A DNA stretch of 64,000 nt from Octopus bimaculoides (GCF_001194135.2 NC_068995.1:14974227-15038226), one strand, 5' to 3'; shown: positions 11,365-24,054, counted from the stretch's first letter. Made by a program: numbers and translations. Notes: a model not told the origin generated them from the sequence alone.

Positions 11365-13914
11365 CATACATACCTACGTAAGGGAGGGTGAGCTAGAGAA
11401 ACAGGGAAGTCAACGAAAGGGGGGCCCAAAGTATGTAGCAAGGAAAAGAAAAACAATTTAATAATAATAAACACATCAGACGGATAAGGTATTAGAGCAA
11501 CAAGACAGTTTAAAACAAACGCCATAAGAGAATGGAAACACATAGCCATTATTAGTAAAATATTTAAAACAAAGGCTTGTGTGAGTAGTTTTGTGGATGT
11601 GACTAGCATCAACTTTGACAATCCTTCTTGTCAAAAAAGAAAAAAACAGAAAGAAAGAAAAATGCCAAGTGTAACTTTTATCTTGTTCTGTGTTTTGATT
11701 TTCTTCTTTAACATTCTTGTGTTGTGTGCATTTTCTTATATATATATATTTAATTTATATATTTATATATGTATGTAGGTGTGTGTGTTTCATCTTGTAT
11801 ATTCGTGGGGTGAAAATTTAAGGAGTTGTTGTTAATGTTAACCTTTAGAGGATCATCATTATTACTATTATTATTATAACTTTTTGGGGCTTTGGCCTTG
11901 TGTACATGGATGGATGTGAAGTTCAGAGATATGTATATAAAAGCATTCCCACCAAATTTGGACTGACTGCGACTAAGCCAGCCTGCAAGTACCCCAACTA
12001 AGATGTATGATGATGTTATCTGAAGTGTTTGGCCAGACTACCTTCCAGCTGTATTAGAAGAACTATATGTTACTCACCTGTCCAGTAACGCTGTTAGAAA
12101 ACAGATGACTTAATGAGTTTGGCTACGGTGTAAAGTATCCACTCATGTGAATTCATATATATATATATATATATATATATGATATATGTGTATGTATGTG
12201 TACGAATTAACAGTCTACTAGGAGGGCACTGTTTCCAGTTGTTGAATTCATATAATTAGGGAGAGATCAGTGATCCTGAACGAAAAATACGTTCAACTCC
12301 GGACCCGATGCCTGCTGCGATCACATTTTCTGTTATGCGATAGACTACGTTCCCGCGTGTCGGAAAAAAAACACTGCTGTCATTCAGTTTGGCTCCAGCA
12401 AATGTCAAATGAGAAAAACTATGTAGGCTATGTTGGTTGAGGGAGCAGTCGTTGTGTAGTGGCATCGAAAAAAAGAGTCGAAGAAATGCGGTGCAGACTT
12501 AAGTAATGTCCCTTCTATGGTCTGTTATGTACACTGATTGTCTTTGATTAAATGTCTGTGAGGCTTTTCTTAATTCCTTTTTACAAGTCACAGCATCATT
12601 CTTCAACGCGTTCACTCGGTAACGATGAGAACAAGCACACCCATAGCGCACTATCTAAATCAATATATTCCGTGCAGACACCATTTAGTAGTGCTTTGGT
12701 GGAATCGTTTTCATTTTTAGAGAATCCACAGAGTTATTTAACCATTGATGTATTAAATTCTTCGTTTATTCTTAACAGCTACCCGAAATCCCGTAACCTG
12801 AAGATTGTTTTGTATAAATACTCACCAAAACTTGCTGCTAGTCTTCGTTTTGGCTTTGTTTTTCCTCAGTAAGGCTGATTACAAGAAGGCAGTTGTGTAT
12901 TATTCCATTAAGAAGTTAGAACTATTTACCCAGGGTAACTTGCGTTCAAAGTAGGAAGGCCTAGTTTTATGACTTACGACTAGAAGAGAAGAATTATTCC
13001 ACTGTTAATGAAAATAGCGAGCTTTTTTAAAGGAACTTTAAGTGACTCTCACTGGATAATTAATCTTGTATTGATGTTCAAAATAAAATTTAAAGTTCAA
13101 TATTACAAATATCCAAAAATGAAGTTAAATTGATAATTTTTTTTTTTTTTCAGTTAGTGTAATAAAATGAAATAAATTCCATGAAATTCATTTTAAATAT
13201 TTAAATATTTTATTATTAGTAAGTATGACTTTAAAGTTACAAGTTTTATCCTTTCAAAGTTGATTCATAAAGAAAGATAAAAAAAAATATCATTCCACAG
13301 CAGCAGAAAAAAATAAATTCTTTTGATTAGCCTTTCCTCTACCTTTTCAGTTATTTAAGTACCAAAATATAGATTTTACTTTACATTGTCAATAAAACAT
13401 GCACCTTAACCTTTCCATTATCTCATCATCACAGCTTCATTAACATAACCACTGCTATCATCATCATCATCGTCGTCATCATCATCATTTCCTTTACAAT
13501 GCTGCTACCATCATCATGTCATTGCTATCCCATTATCATCATAACCACCAACAGTCACCATTATAACTGCCATTACCAAACACCAACATTATCATCATCA
13601 TTGTCAGCATCAATACTGTTACCATTTATTATCTCCAGCTCTAGCTAGTGTCATTTTTCTCAATTTTCAGTTAAATTCATATATTTCAGTCACAAAATTT
13701 ACATGTAATATTTAAACATACACAGCAAAGAACAAAGACATTTATGGTTGAGGGCCTGAGACAAAGTCCAAAATTGGCAGCAGGATATCATAAACAGCAC
13801 CACTACTACCACCCTCTTCACTGTTTAACCAATTCTTTTCCAATTCCATATGAGTTTCATCTAACACTTTCTTTCTCTCTCTATCTTTGCCACACTCATT
13901 TCCTATATCCTCAT

Positions 13915-14140
13915 CCTTGTTTTAACATAAGACATGTCCATGCTTGCCTGAGTTGGATGGAATGTGTTGATGCGAATTTTCTATGGCTGGATGCCTTTCC
14001 TGTCATCAACCCTCACTTCCAAATAAGATAATATTTCTCCATGGCCAGACATGTTTTCATGGAAGACTGGAAGAAGGATACCACTTCCATGATGGCGACA
14101 CTCATTTACAACATATCACATGATTTTAAGGCAAGGAGAC
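13915..14140 (-). mobile_element. SINE family F (C-related tail)
   Basis: ggctggatgcctttcctgtcatcaaccc...gacactcatttacaac; forward relative at about 25600-25800. Confidence 0.6.
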
Positions 14141-14181
14141 TGTAACACACACACATACACATGTATAAATGTGTGTGAGTG

Positions 14182-14182
<1 letters not shown>

Positions 14183-14220
<38 letters not shown>

Positions 14221-15360
14221 TAGTTTTATTTTTATAACGTGCTTTCACTTCACTACCGAGCGCAGCTCTGTGTGCCTTGGGTATGTGCTGTGGTTTGCTG
14301 TGATGCTCTTATGGTTACTGTATTGAAAGTGTTTTGCGTAGGCTGTGTGCAGTGCCCAGTAGTACAATTTTCTGTATGTTATATATATTTGTAAGTCCTG
14401 GTGTTTTTGTTATGTATTTGTCTGAATATTTTGTTTCTTCTTNNNNNNNNNNNNNNNNNNNNNNNNNNNNNNNNNNNNNNNNNNNNNNNNNNNNNNNNNN
14501 NNNNNNNNNNNNNNNNNNNNNNNNNNNNNNNNNNNNNNNNNNNNNNNNNNNNNNNNNNNNNNNNNNNNNNNNNNNNNNNNNNNNNNNNNNNNNNNNNNNN
14601 NNNNNNNNNNNNNNNNNNNNNNNNNNNNNNNNNNNNNNNNNNNNNNNNNNNNNNGTTATTTTATAATAGTTTTCCAGCTGTATAAGGCCTCTACCACCTT
14701 CTGTATGTTGTATATATAGCCTTTCTATGTCAGATTTTGGGTGGTGCATCCTAGATCCTGTCATTATTTTTCTTGTTTTCCTGTCTATTTTAGTTAGTTC
14801 ATTTAGTGTCCAGTTAAGGATATTGTAACTGTAATTTATAACTGGGACGGCTAAAGTGTTAATACCTATTATCTTGTTTTTAGCATTGAGCTCTGTTTTT
14901 AGTATTGATCTAACTCATCTATAGTATTCTTTCTTTATTTTCTCTTTCATTTGTGTGTGTTGTATCCTATCTAGTTCATTGATTCCTAAATATTTGTAAG
15001 TCTGGCTTTGGTCTAATTCTCTTATTTCATTGGCTTTATCGTGTGTGATGTTGCTACTCTTAACTAGTTTTCCTCTTTTCAGGGTTGCTTTGGCACATTT
15101 TTCTAATCCAAATTACATATCTATTTCTTTGGTAAATCCATGTACTGTCTGTAGTAGTGTTTCCAGCTATTTATCATTTGTGGCATATAGTTTTAGGTCA
15201 TCCATATATAAAAGGTGGCTGATTGCTTTGCTGTAACATTTGTATCCGCATCCAGTTCTATTTAGCAAGTCAGTTAAAGGTGTGAATGCCAAGCAGAACA
15301 GGAGTGGAGAGAGCATGTCTCCCTGGAATATTCCTCTTCTAATGGGGTTGGCTTTCATTT
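14183..15360 (-). mobile_element. 5'-truncated R4/Dong-clade non-LTR retrotransposon (RT + RLE end), gap inside
   Basis: RRGIFQGDMLSPLLFCLAF...HLLYMDDLKLYA (RT), HHPKSDIERLY...GGRGLIQ, C-terminal IQKIVLLGTAHSLRKTL; 3' UTR ends in (TAA)n and 5' end abuts (ATT)n. Confidence 0.85.
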
Positions 15361-15366
15361 TATCAT

Positions 15367-15446
15367 GATTATTATTATTATTATTATCTTCATCATTATT
15401 ATTATTATTATTATTATTATCTTCATCATTATTATTATTATCTTCA

Positions 15447-15483
<37 letters not shown>

Positions 15484-15495
15484 CATCATCATTAC
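15367..15495. repeat. (ATT)n/(ATC)n microsatellite
   Basis: Long ATT array with periodic atcttcatc interruptions. Confidence 0.95.
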
Positions 15496-15499
15496 AGAA

Positions 15500-15710
15500 T
15501 TATCTTGGTATCAGAGTGATGAACTGGAATAATTTCTCCTGGGGAGCAAGCTACATCTTGCAGCCACAGGCCTCAAGGTGTTGGCTTGTAGAAGCAACTC
15601 CACATGGGTATCACCCAAGACATGCTGGACTGTGTAAACCACAACCCAAACTTCATGAAAACCACACCATCACCAGTGATGAGACAAGTACACACTATAT
15701 GTCTGTACTC
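15500..15710 (+). pseudogene. Mariner-type transposase fragment
   Basis: Frameshifted KQLHMGITQDMLDCVNHNPNFMKT / ITSDET resembles the mariner ...QDML......P.F...IITGDETW region before the first catalytic Asp. Confidence 0.55.
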
Positions 15711-15969
15711 TAAGTGTAACAGCTGGGAACTGACATAGCCTACTGGTATGAAAATTTTAATGCATATGCAGGAAGGGTAGCATCACCTCCCACCCATGTG
15801 GCATTAATTTTTTCTCTTTCCCTCTCTCTGCTGGATAACCATGTACCTCTTCTACAGCAAAACACCTGTTTCTGTCTTCTCTGTCTCTTTGTCACACTTT
15901 AACCTTCCCTCATCTGACACAAGATCATCTCTTCCAATGCCCTTTTCCTCTTTCAAAAATTCCAAGTTA

Positions 15970-16270
15970 CTTGGTAACCCAGCCGATGGTGGTGCCATGT
16001 AAAAAGCATCCAGTCCACACTGTGAAGCAGTTGGCATTTGGGAGGGCATCCAGCTGCAAAAATCATGCCAAAACTGACCTCATCTGTGCTGGTGCCACGT
16101 AAAAAGCACTCTGTCCACTCTGCAGGGTGGTTGGTGTATGGAAGGGCATCCAGCCATAAAAACCATGCCAAAACACACACAGAAGCCGAGTACAGTCTTG
16201 TGAACCCATCCATCTCATGCCAGCATGGAAGATGGATGTTAAACAATGATGATGATGATGATGATGATGA
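15970..16270 (+). mobile_element. SINE family C
   Basis: Duplicated gttggc...gggcatccagc module and (GAT)n tail at about 16247-16270. Confidence 0.8.
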
Positions 16271-16275
16271 TTTTT

Positions 16276-16590
16276 TAACACTCCTTGTATATAACCAGGA
16301 TTTAAGAATGGTGGTTTCCATTCCCAGCATGCCAACTTCAACTGAGGTTACACCAGCTTCCTTTAAGTTCCATATATTTTTCAGTTTTCTTCTTAGTCCT
16401 CAATAGTTACTCACTTTCTCTTCCTCCTTACTTTTTATATTCCTGTCCCTGGGGATTATTATGTCAATAATATCATGTTTTCTATTTTTCTTGTACAGCA
16501 CCAAAATATCTGACTTTCTATGTTCTGTCACATGGTTAGTTTGCATGTTAAAGTCCCAGAGGATTTTAACATTGGTACACACCATTATTA
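16276..16590 (-). pseudogene. R4/Dong restriction-like endonuclease fragment
   Basis: KILWDFNMQTNHVTEHRKSDILVLYKKNRKHDIIDIIIPRDRNIKSKEEEKVSNY is the degenerate WDF..QTD....RPD.....IID...P PD-(D/E)xK region; flanked by (ATT)n. Confidence 0.8.
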
Positions 16591-16624
16591 TTGTTGTTGT
16601 TGTTATTATTATTATTATTATTAA

Positions 16625-17140
16625 GACAGTGAGCTGGCAGAATCATTAACACATTGGGCAGAATGTTTAGTGGCATTTTGTCTGTCCTTATGTTCTGAAT
16701 TCAAATTCTGCTAAGGTCAGCTTTGCCTTTCATCCTTTTGGGGTCAAGAAATTAAGCATCAGTTGAATGCTGAGGTCGATGTAATCAGCCACTTCTCTCC
16801 TGTCAAATTTCTGGTTTGTGCCTATAGAAGAAAGGATTAGTATTATTATTATTACTTAAGGTGCCTTCTGGTTTGCCAGTCCTCAGTCAAACCGTCCAAC
16901 CCATGCTAGCATGGAAGGCGGACGTTAAACGATGATGATGATGATGATGATGATGTGGTGAGCTGGCAGAATGCACAGCAGTATTTCATCTGTCTTGACG
17001 TTCTGAGTTCAAATTCTACCAAAGTCAATTTTGCCCTTCATCCTTTTGAGAGGGTCAGTAAAATAAGTACCAGTTGAGTACTGGAGTCAACTATCCCCCT
17101 AACCCATATTTTAAGCTTTGTGCCTATAGTAGAAAAGATT
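16625..17140 (+). mobile_element. Two tandem SINE family B copies, second interrupted by a family C 3' fragment
   Basis: gtgagctggcagaat A-box, gagttcaaattc B-box, gcctttcatcctttt core; C fragment with (GAT)n at about 16863-16955. Confidence 0.8.
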
Positions 17141-17144
17141 ATTA

Positions 17145-17183
<39 letters not shown>

Positions 17184-18539
17184 TCCGCCCTAGCACACTC
17201 TAAATTATAGAGCAGTNNNNNNNNNNNNNNNNNNNNNNNNNNNNNNNNNNNNNNNNNNNNNNNNNNNNNNNNNNNNNNNNNNNNNNNNNNNNNNNNNNNN
17301 NNNNNNNNNNNNNNNNNNNNNNNNNNNNNNNNNNNNNNNNNNNNNNNNNNNNNNNNNNNNNNNNNNNNNNNNNNNNNNNNNNNNNNNNNNNNNNNNNNNN
17401 NNNNNNNNNNNNNNNNNNNNNNNNNNNNNNNNNNNNNNNNNNNNNNNNNNNNNNNNNNNNNNNNNNNNNNNNNNNNNNNNNNNNNNNNNNNNNNNNNNNN
17501 NNNNNNNNNNNNNNNNNNNNNNNNNNNNNNNNNNNNNNNNNNNNNNNNNNNNNNNNNNNNNNNNNATATATGTATGTATGTATGTATGGGTGTTTGTATA
17601 TATATATATATATATATATAAATGGCTTAGTCAGAGAAAGAATGGTATCACCCAATATCCTTTTCAGGACATCTGTGATTGGTGGGAGAAATGGAGACCT
17701 GAGAACTGACCTAAAAGGTGCACCAGAATGGTCTCTACAAAAAGGCACTTAAGGGAAGGACAAGCATCATAGAGTCGGGGCCAACTTTCAGGGCAATCCA
17801 AGTTCAATTTCCAGTTAAGCTATTGCTTCCCCTTTTGTTCCTCACACTCACAATTTCCAGCTATAGTAAATAACCGAGAGTGAGAGGAACTTTACCAAGT
17901 AGAGTCTACTTAACATACAACATGAATATGAAATCAGCACTGGCGACCTGTTGATTAATTATTACTTGTTGGATATTTACTTTTCATATTAAGGAATACT
18001 AATTTAAGGAATTATACAGAACGCATACTGTTACTGCATATGTGATGGTAAGATGCAATCACAGCCAAACATAGACATACTTCAGCATGGTGGAATAACT
18101 AATTCGAATCTGTTTGGCTTCACAGAACAGGTTGTGTTATTTATCCTTTTGATCACTGAATACAAAATGTGGCTTGCAGGACCTCCATCTGGGTGATTTT
18201 CCTGAGTCCCCATCTCACCCTTGTATGCCAATCCATCACAAAATAAACCATTTACAGCTGAGTGAGATGGAGTGACATGAAATGAAGTGTTTGAACAGTT
18301 TAAATGTTGAACAGTTTAAGAAGTTTGCTTAGGGATCACGAGAATCCAGGTTCAATCTCAGTGTGTGGCATCTCAGTCAAGTTTCTTTTACCATAGTTTC
18401 AGGATGATTCTAGCCTTGTGAATGAAATTGGGTTGACAGGAGCTATTTGGAGGATCATCTGATGGATTTTATCTGTAATTCAAATATCCAGCAACATTTT
18501 CACACTATTTAAAATTGATTCTTCCTGAGATTTACTTTT

Positions 18540-18718
18540 AGCCTTTTAATATTCAGATTTCTTTGTCAAATGTAATACTTATTTATTCACACTGTTTTGA
18601 ATTAATCATGCATCACCTCATAGCTTTGAGATTTCAATGATGTGATTGAACATTTTTACAAGGCTGAATCTGGCTGGTTTGAGCATAAAACAGGTAGACT
18701 ATTTGAGCTGGATATGGC
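18540..18718 (-). mobile_element. piggyBac-type MITE, partial
   Basis: Reverse complement of the interior of the elements at 29894-30120 and 56226-56454. Confidence 0.6.
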
Positions 18719-19514
18719 CTTCACAGAAGATGGGTGGGCCTAATAAGTGGCCCACCTTCATGCAAGAAAATTTACATTTAAACAATTCAAATAAACACAT
18801 TACACTTTATATAATAAAAATTTATTAAAATAACAATTGCGAAAACAAGAACCAAAAGATAAAATCAAAATTTGATTGAATATCTCTAAACTAAGAATAT
18901 TTTCCTTGAAATGAGTGGAATGGTAAAATTCTAGTAGTAATGATAAATTTCATAAACATTCAGTCCAACCATGACCTATTTTTAGGAGTATGTTTCAGTT
19001 TACCTATCACATTTAGTAGAGATGAATCGTAGGTCAAGATTCCTACAGCCTCCTAAAAAACTTTATTCATTCAGTTTGTTGTTTCACTTTGAAACAGCAC
19101 AGTGTAAGGACCCTAATGAAACTGCACTAACCATGACACCAGTTTGCATATCCAACAGCATGCAGTTGATGCAGTTGAAACATGTGTAGGTCCAGCAAAG
19201 GATGTTATAAACAACTGTTAAATAAAATTATGGATGTGAAAAATCTCCATTCTCCTTACCATTACAAATAATATTACTTACTCTACAGAAATTATGCAGT
19301 CCTGAACAGAACACTTGGATTTACCAAGTGAGAAAAGTTATTAGACCCTAGCAACTTATTGTTAGCTTGGGTACCACAAAAGGACCGTTGTGGTTAGCTG
19401 GCATCTGAATTAAGAGGAAACACGGTAACCACCACCAGGATAATATACACCTTCAAACTCAATTTTCAATATATATATATGTGTGTTGAAAATTGAGTTT
19501 AAAGGTACACTACA

Positions 19515-19686
19515 CATTCTTTTTTTCTCTCCTTATTTCTTTCTGCGTTCCTTTCTGTGGAAGAGCGTAGGCTCGAAACGTTAAAGGCTTTTTCACTTCC
19601 CGAACGTTATACTAATACATCTGTTTATTTTCTACACCACCTGTCTTCGTCTTGTTTTTTTGGGGGGATTTTTTTTTGTGAATTCT

Positions 19687-19690
<4 letters not shown>
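19515..19690 (+). mobile_element. Penelope-like terminal-repeat remnant next to (TA)n
   Basis: cctttctgtggaagagcgtaggctcgaaacgttaaaggc hammerhead-like motif; homologous to 6225-6400. Confidence 0.45.
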
Positions 19691-19722
<32 letters not shown>

Positions 19723-19842
19723 NNNNNNNNNNNNNNNNNNNNNNNNNNNNNNNNNNNNNNNNNNNNNNNNNNNNNNNNNNNNNNNNNNNNNNNNNNNNNN
19801 NNAAATTAAATTAAGTTTCACAGAGTAAAATACATATAGATA

Positions 19843-20070
19843 TATAGTTTTAGGGAAAAGAACCAAGGTTCATGAACTCATCGATGAAAATCTACTGTCA
19901 CATATAGAAAAATTAATAATTAAAAGCACAATATATGAGTATAATATAATACAAAGTAAATATCATAAGATAAAGATAATTTATTGTGCTTTTAATTATT
20001 AATTTTTCTATATACGACAGTGGATTTTCATAGATGAGTTCATGAACCTTGGTTCTTTTCCATAAAACTA

Positions 20071-20072
<2 letters not shown>
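19843..20072. mobile_element. Fold-back element in (TA)n, about 90-bp arms
   Basis: tagttttagggaaaagaaccaaggttcatgaactcatc... inverted at ...gatgagttcatgaaccttggttcttttccataaaacta; left arm recurs at 20761. Confidence 0.85.
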
Positions 20073-20103
<31 letters not shown>

Positions 20104-20730
20104 GTATATGTGTGTGTGTGTGTGTTGAAAAATATATACATACACACTATTTATCCTTTCTGTGGATCTTTGACTGTGTAATGTGACAGTGCTCCAGCAT
20201 GGCCACAGCCAGGGGCTAAACATGTAAAAGATTAGAAGAGTAAAGAGCAAACATCTATAGTTAAGAGATTTCCATTTTGTTTCATAATACAAACCCATAA
20301 ATCATTACCCTTTGAATTGGTAAATTTATTATTTCTGCTAGCCTATCTTTCCATCAAAGTATCATTGTCTAAGTTTTTTCTGTGATGCCTGGACTTTTCA
20401 CTGAATTGGTCTATTATTCTATACAGATTCTTTCCTCTTTTCTAAACAACATTATTTTTCTGTTAAAATAATTTTAAATGTTTAGAAAAGAGGTTTATTA
20501 ATATTAGCTTTATTTTCAAGAAGCTTGTTTTAGAACTGTGTGGCACCTTGGCAAGAGTTTTCAATTATAGCCCTGGGCCAACCAATGCATTGTGAGTGAA
20601 TTTGGTAGACAGAAACTGTCAAACCAGACTCGAGCCTGGTGCAACCTTCCAGCTTACCAACCCTGTTCAAACCATCCAACCCATGCCAGCATGGACAACG
20701 GATGTTAAATGATAATAATGATGATGTATG

Positions 20731-20760
<30 letters not shown>

Positions 20761-20762
<2 letters not shown>

Positions 20763-21089
20763 GTTTTAGGGAAAATAACCAATTTTCAAGAACTCATCGA
20801 TGAAAATCCACTATCACATATAGAAAAATTAATAATTAAAAGCACAATAAATGAGTATAATATAAAGTAAAGTAAATATCATAAGATAAATATAATAAAA
20901 AGATTACACGTGTTTCATAACCAATTTTCAAATAGAAAAGAAATTTAAATCGATTAAAATCAATTGAAATTATCGAAAATAAATTCTATTCAAAAATATA
21001 GCTACTCGTCAGATCGTAAGTAGAACAATAATTAGATATATATCTCAACCAACAATAAGTACCAAATGAATTAATATGAAATACTTATT
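20761..21089. mobile_element. Terminus of a larger (TA)n-embedded element related to the 19843 fold-back
   Basis: First about 125 bp match 19843-19970, then unique AT-rich sequence running into an N-gap. Confidence 0.6.
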
Positions 21090-21408
21090 NNNNNNNNNNN
21101 NNNNNNNNNNNNNNNNNNNNNNNNNNNNNNNNNNNNNNNNNNNNNNNNNNNNNNNNNNNNNNNNNNNNNNNNNNNNNNNNNNNNNNNNNNNNNNNNNNNN
21201 NNNNNNNNNNNNNNNNNNNNNNNNNNNNNNNNNNNNNNNNNNNNNNNNNNNNNNNNNNNNNNNNNNNNNNNNNNNNNNNNNNNNNNNNNNNNNNNNNNNN
21301 NNNNNNNNNNNNNNNNNNNNNNNNNNNNNNNNNNNNNNNNNNNNNNNNNNNNNNGTGTAATAGTTAAAGCTATACTATTTAAAGCTAAAGACGTTTATTT
21401 AATTATAA

Positions 21409-21640
21409 TTAGGTCGATGCTAACAATATTATTCCAGATTTGTCTGAAGAACTAATAGATTTACATAATGACTTTGATGCTCAGGTGCTACTTAGACAAG
21501 CTGATTGTAAAGAATTACAGTTTACACAACATAATGAATATTCTTGTCTTTGGCAGGAAATAAAGTTACAGTTGTTTCTTTCCCTCGTACATGGTTGAAT
21601 GAAGGTTCCGCTTAGTAGTACAACTATTAACTAAACAGTT
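21409..21640 (+). pseudogene. hAT (Charlie/SCAND3-like) transposase C-terminal fragment, copy 1
   Basis: IPDLSEELIDLHNDFDAQVLL...NEYSCLWQEIKL then frameshifted SFPRTWLNEG.. / VVQLLTKQ resembles the hAT dimerisation region (EELIELQND...YP.LW....AFPSSYLVE.GFSAV..LLTK). Confidence 0.6.
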
Positions 21641-21849
21641 GCTGTCATCATGATGATCATCATCATCAGTATCACTACCACCACCACCACCACCACCACC
21701 ACCATATATATGTACAAAGCACCGAACACACTTTGTTAAGTGGTTGGTGATAGGAAGGGCATCTGGCCATAGAAACCATGCCCCAACAGGACAGCTCTCT
21801 GCTAGCCAGCTCCATGTCAAACCATCAAACCTATGCCAGCCTGGAAAGT

Positions 21850-22200
21850 AAATGTTAAACAATGATAATGATGATAATAATAATGAGGAGGATGGTGGTT
21901 GTTGTGGTGGCAGTGGGGGATGGGGTGGTGATGATGATGGGGAGGAGGGGAGCAGGAAGAGGAGCAGGAGGACAACAATGATGATGATGGTGATGGTTGT
22001 GATGGCAGTGACGGCGGTGGGGGGCCATGGTGGTGGGAGGAGGAGGAGAGGGAGATGAGGAGGGGGATGGGAGGAGAAGGAGAGTGGTGGTTGTGGTGGT
22101 GCTTGTGGTGGCGGCAGTGGTGGTGACAACAATAATGATGAGGAGGAGGGGAGTGGTGGTGGTGGTGGTGGTGGTAGTGATACTGATGATGATCATCATC
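21850..22200. repeat. Compound GGT/GAT/GGA trinucleotide low-complexity tract
   Basis: Visible; source of the poly-T/P/H/V/G ORFs in the track. Confidence 0.9.
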
Positions 22201-22209
22201 ATGATGACA

Positions 22210-22443
22210 GCAACTGTTTAGTTAATAGTTGTACTACTAAGCGGAACCTTCATTCAACCATGTACGAGGGAAAGAAACAACTGTAACTTTATTTCCTGCC
22301 AAAGACAAGAATATTCATTATGTTGTGTAAACTGTAATTCTTTACAATCAGCTTGTCTAAGTAGCACCTGAGCATCAAAGTCATTATGTAAATCTATCAG
22401 TTCTTCAGACAAATCTGGAATAATATTGTTAGCATCGACCTAA
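22210..22443 (-). pseudogene. hAT transposase fragment, inverted copy 2
   Basis: Near-identical reverse complement of 21409-21640. Confidence 0.6.
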
Positions 22444-23018
22444 AATGGTTACAACCCANNNNNNNNNNNNNNNNNNNNNNNNNNNNNNNNNNNNNNNNNN
22501 NNNNNNNNNNNNNNNNNNNNNNNNNNNNNNNNNNNNNNNNNNNNNNNNNNNNNNNNNNNNNNNNNNNNNNNNNNNNNNNNNNNNNNNNNNNNNNNNNNNN
22601 NNNNNNNNNNNNNNNNNNNNNNNNNNNNNNNNNNNNNNNNNNNNNNNNNNNNNNNNNNNNNNNNNNNNNNNNNNNNNNNNNNNNNNNNNNNNNNNNNNNN
22701 NNNNNNNNNNNNNNNNNNNNNNNNNNNNNNNNNNNNNNNNNNNNNNNNNNNNNNNNNNNNNNNNNNNNNNNNNNNNNNNNNNNNNNNNNNNNNNNNNNNN
22801 NNNNNNNNNNNNNNNNNNNNNNNNNNNNNNNNNNNNNNNNNNNNNNNNNNNNNNNNNNNNNNNNNNNNNNNNNNNNNNNNNNNNNNNNNNNNNNNNNNNN
22901 NNNNNNNNNNNNNNNNNNNNNNNNNNNNNNNNNNNNNNNNNNNNNNNNNNNNNNNNNNNNNNNNNNNNNNNNNNNNNNNNNNNNNNNNNNNNNNNNNNNN
23001 NNNNNNNNNNNNNNNNNN

Positions 23019-23260
23019 GTAAAATACACCATTTTGAGCGTAGCCGTTGCCAGTACCGCCTGACTGGCCTTCGTGCTGGTGGCACGTAAAAGCACCCACT
23101 ACACTCTTGGAGTGGTTGGCGTTAGGAAGGGCATCCAGCTGTAGAAACTCTGCCAAATCAGATTGGAGCCTGGTGTAGCCATCTGGTTCACCAGTCCTCA
23201 GTCAAATTGTTCAACCCATGCTAGCATGGAAAGCGGACATTAAACGATGATGATGATGAT
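23019..23260 (+). mobile_element. SINE family C, low divergence
   Basis: Same sequence as 6815-7108 with (GAT)n tail. Confidence 0.9.
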
Positions 23261-23554
23261 TCGCTGAAGCAGTGAGCTGGCAAAATCGTTAGCAGGCTGG
23301 GTAAAAGGCTTAGCTGCATTTTGTCTTTCTTTACATTCTAGGTTCAAATTCCACCAAGATCAACTTTGCCTTTCATCTGTTCCCAGTTGTCATGATATAA
23401 GTCAGGTGCTTATTCTATTGATCTCTCTTTGTTAAGTTGCTAAGTTACCAACATTATTAAACGGTGTTATCATAAAGACGACACAGCATGAGAGACAAAC
23501 ACAAACATAATGGAAGCACTCAGTGATTAGCACTCTGTTGGTTATAATGATGAG

Positions 23555-23850
23555 GGTACAAGTTGATTTGATCAACAGAACAGATTGCTCATGAAATTAA
23601 CGTGCACGTGGCTGAGTGCTCCACAGACGTACATATCCTTAACATTGTTTCCAGAGAGATTCGGTGTGACATAGAATATGACCAAGCTGGCCCTTTCAAT
23701 TACATGTACAAATTGTTTTTGCCAGCTGAGTGGACTGGAGCATCATGAAATAAAGTGTGTTGTTCAAGGACACAATGCACTAGCAAAAACTGTACTCTCA
23801 ACCTTACAATTGCGAGCTGAATACCCTAACCACTAGGCCATGAACCTTCA
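23555..23850 (-). mobile_element. tRNA-derived SINE family E (shares 3' region with family D)
   Basis: Minus: ggcctagtggttagggtattc head, gtgtccttgaacaacacactttatttc core, then gcacgttaatttcatgagca as in family D. Other copies at about 42040-42178 (-) and 39000-39375 (+, interrupted). Confidence 0.7.
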
Positions 23851-23997
23851 CTCATACTAATGCACATGGCAAACATTCACAGCTATATACATATATATAA
23901 ATATTTGTCTTATATATTATACATACACACATATACACATGCATACACGCATACATATACAAATACACATATGCAAGCATACATACATACACACACA

Positions 23998-24054
<57 letters not shown>

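Noticed and set aside
21566-22221. Pro/Thr/His/Val-rich ORFs of 64-188 aa
   Set aside because: Translations of trinucleotide low-complexity DNA on both strands.
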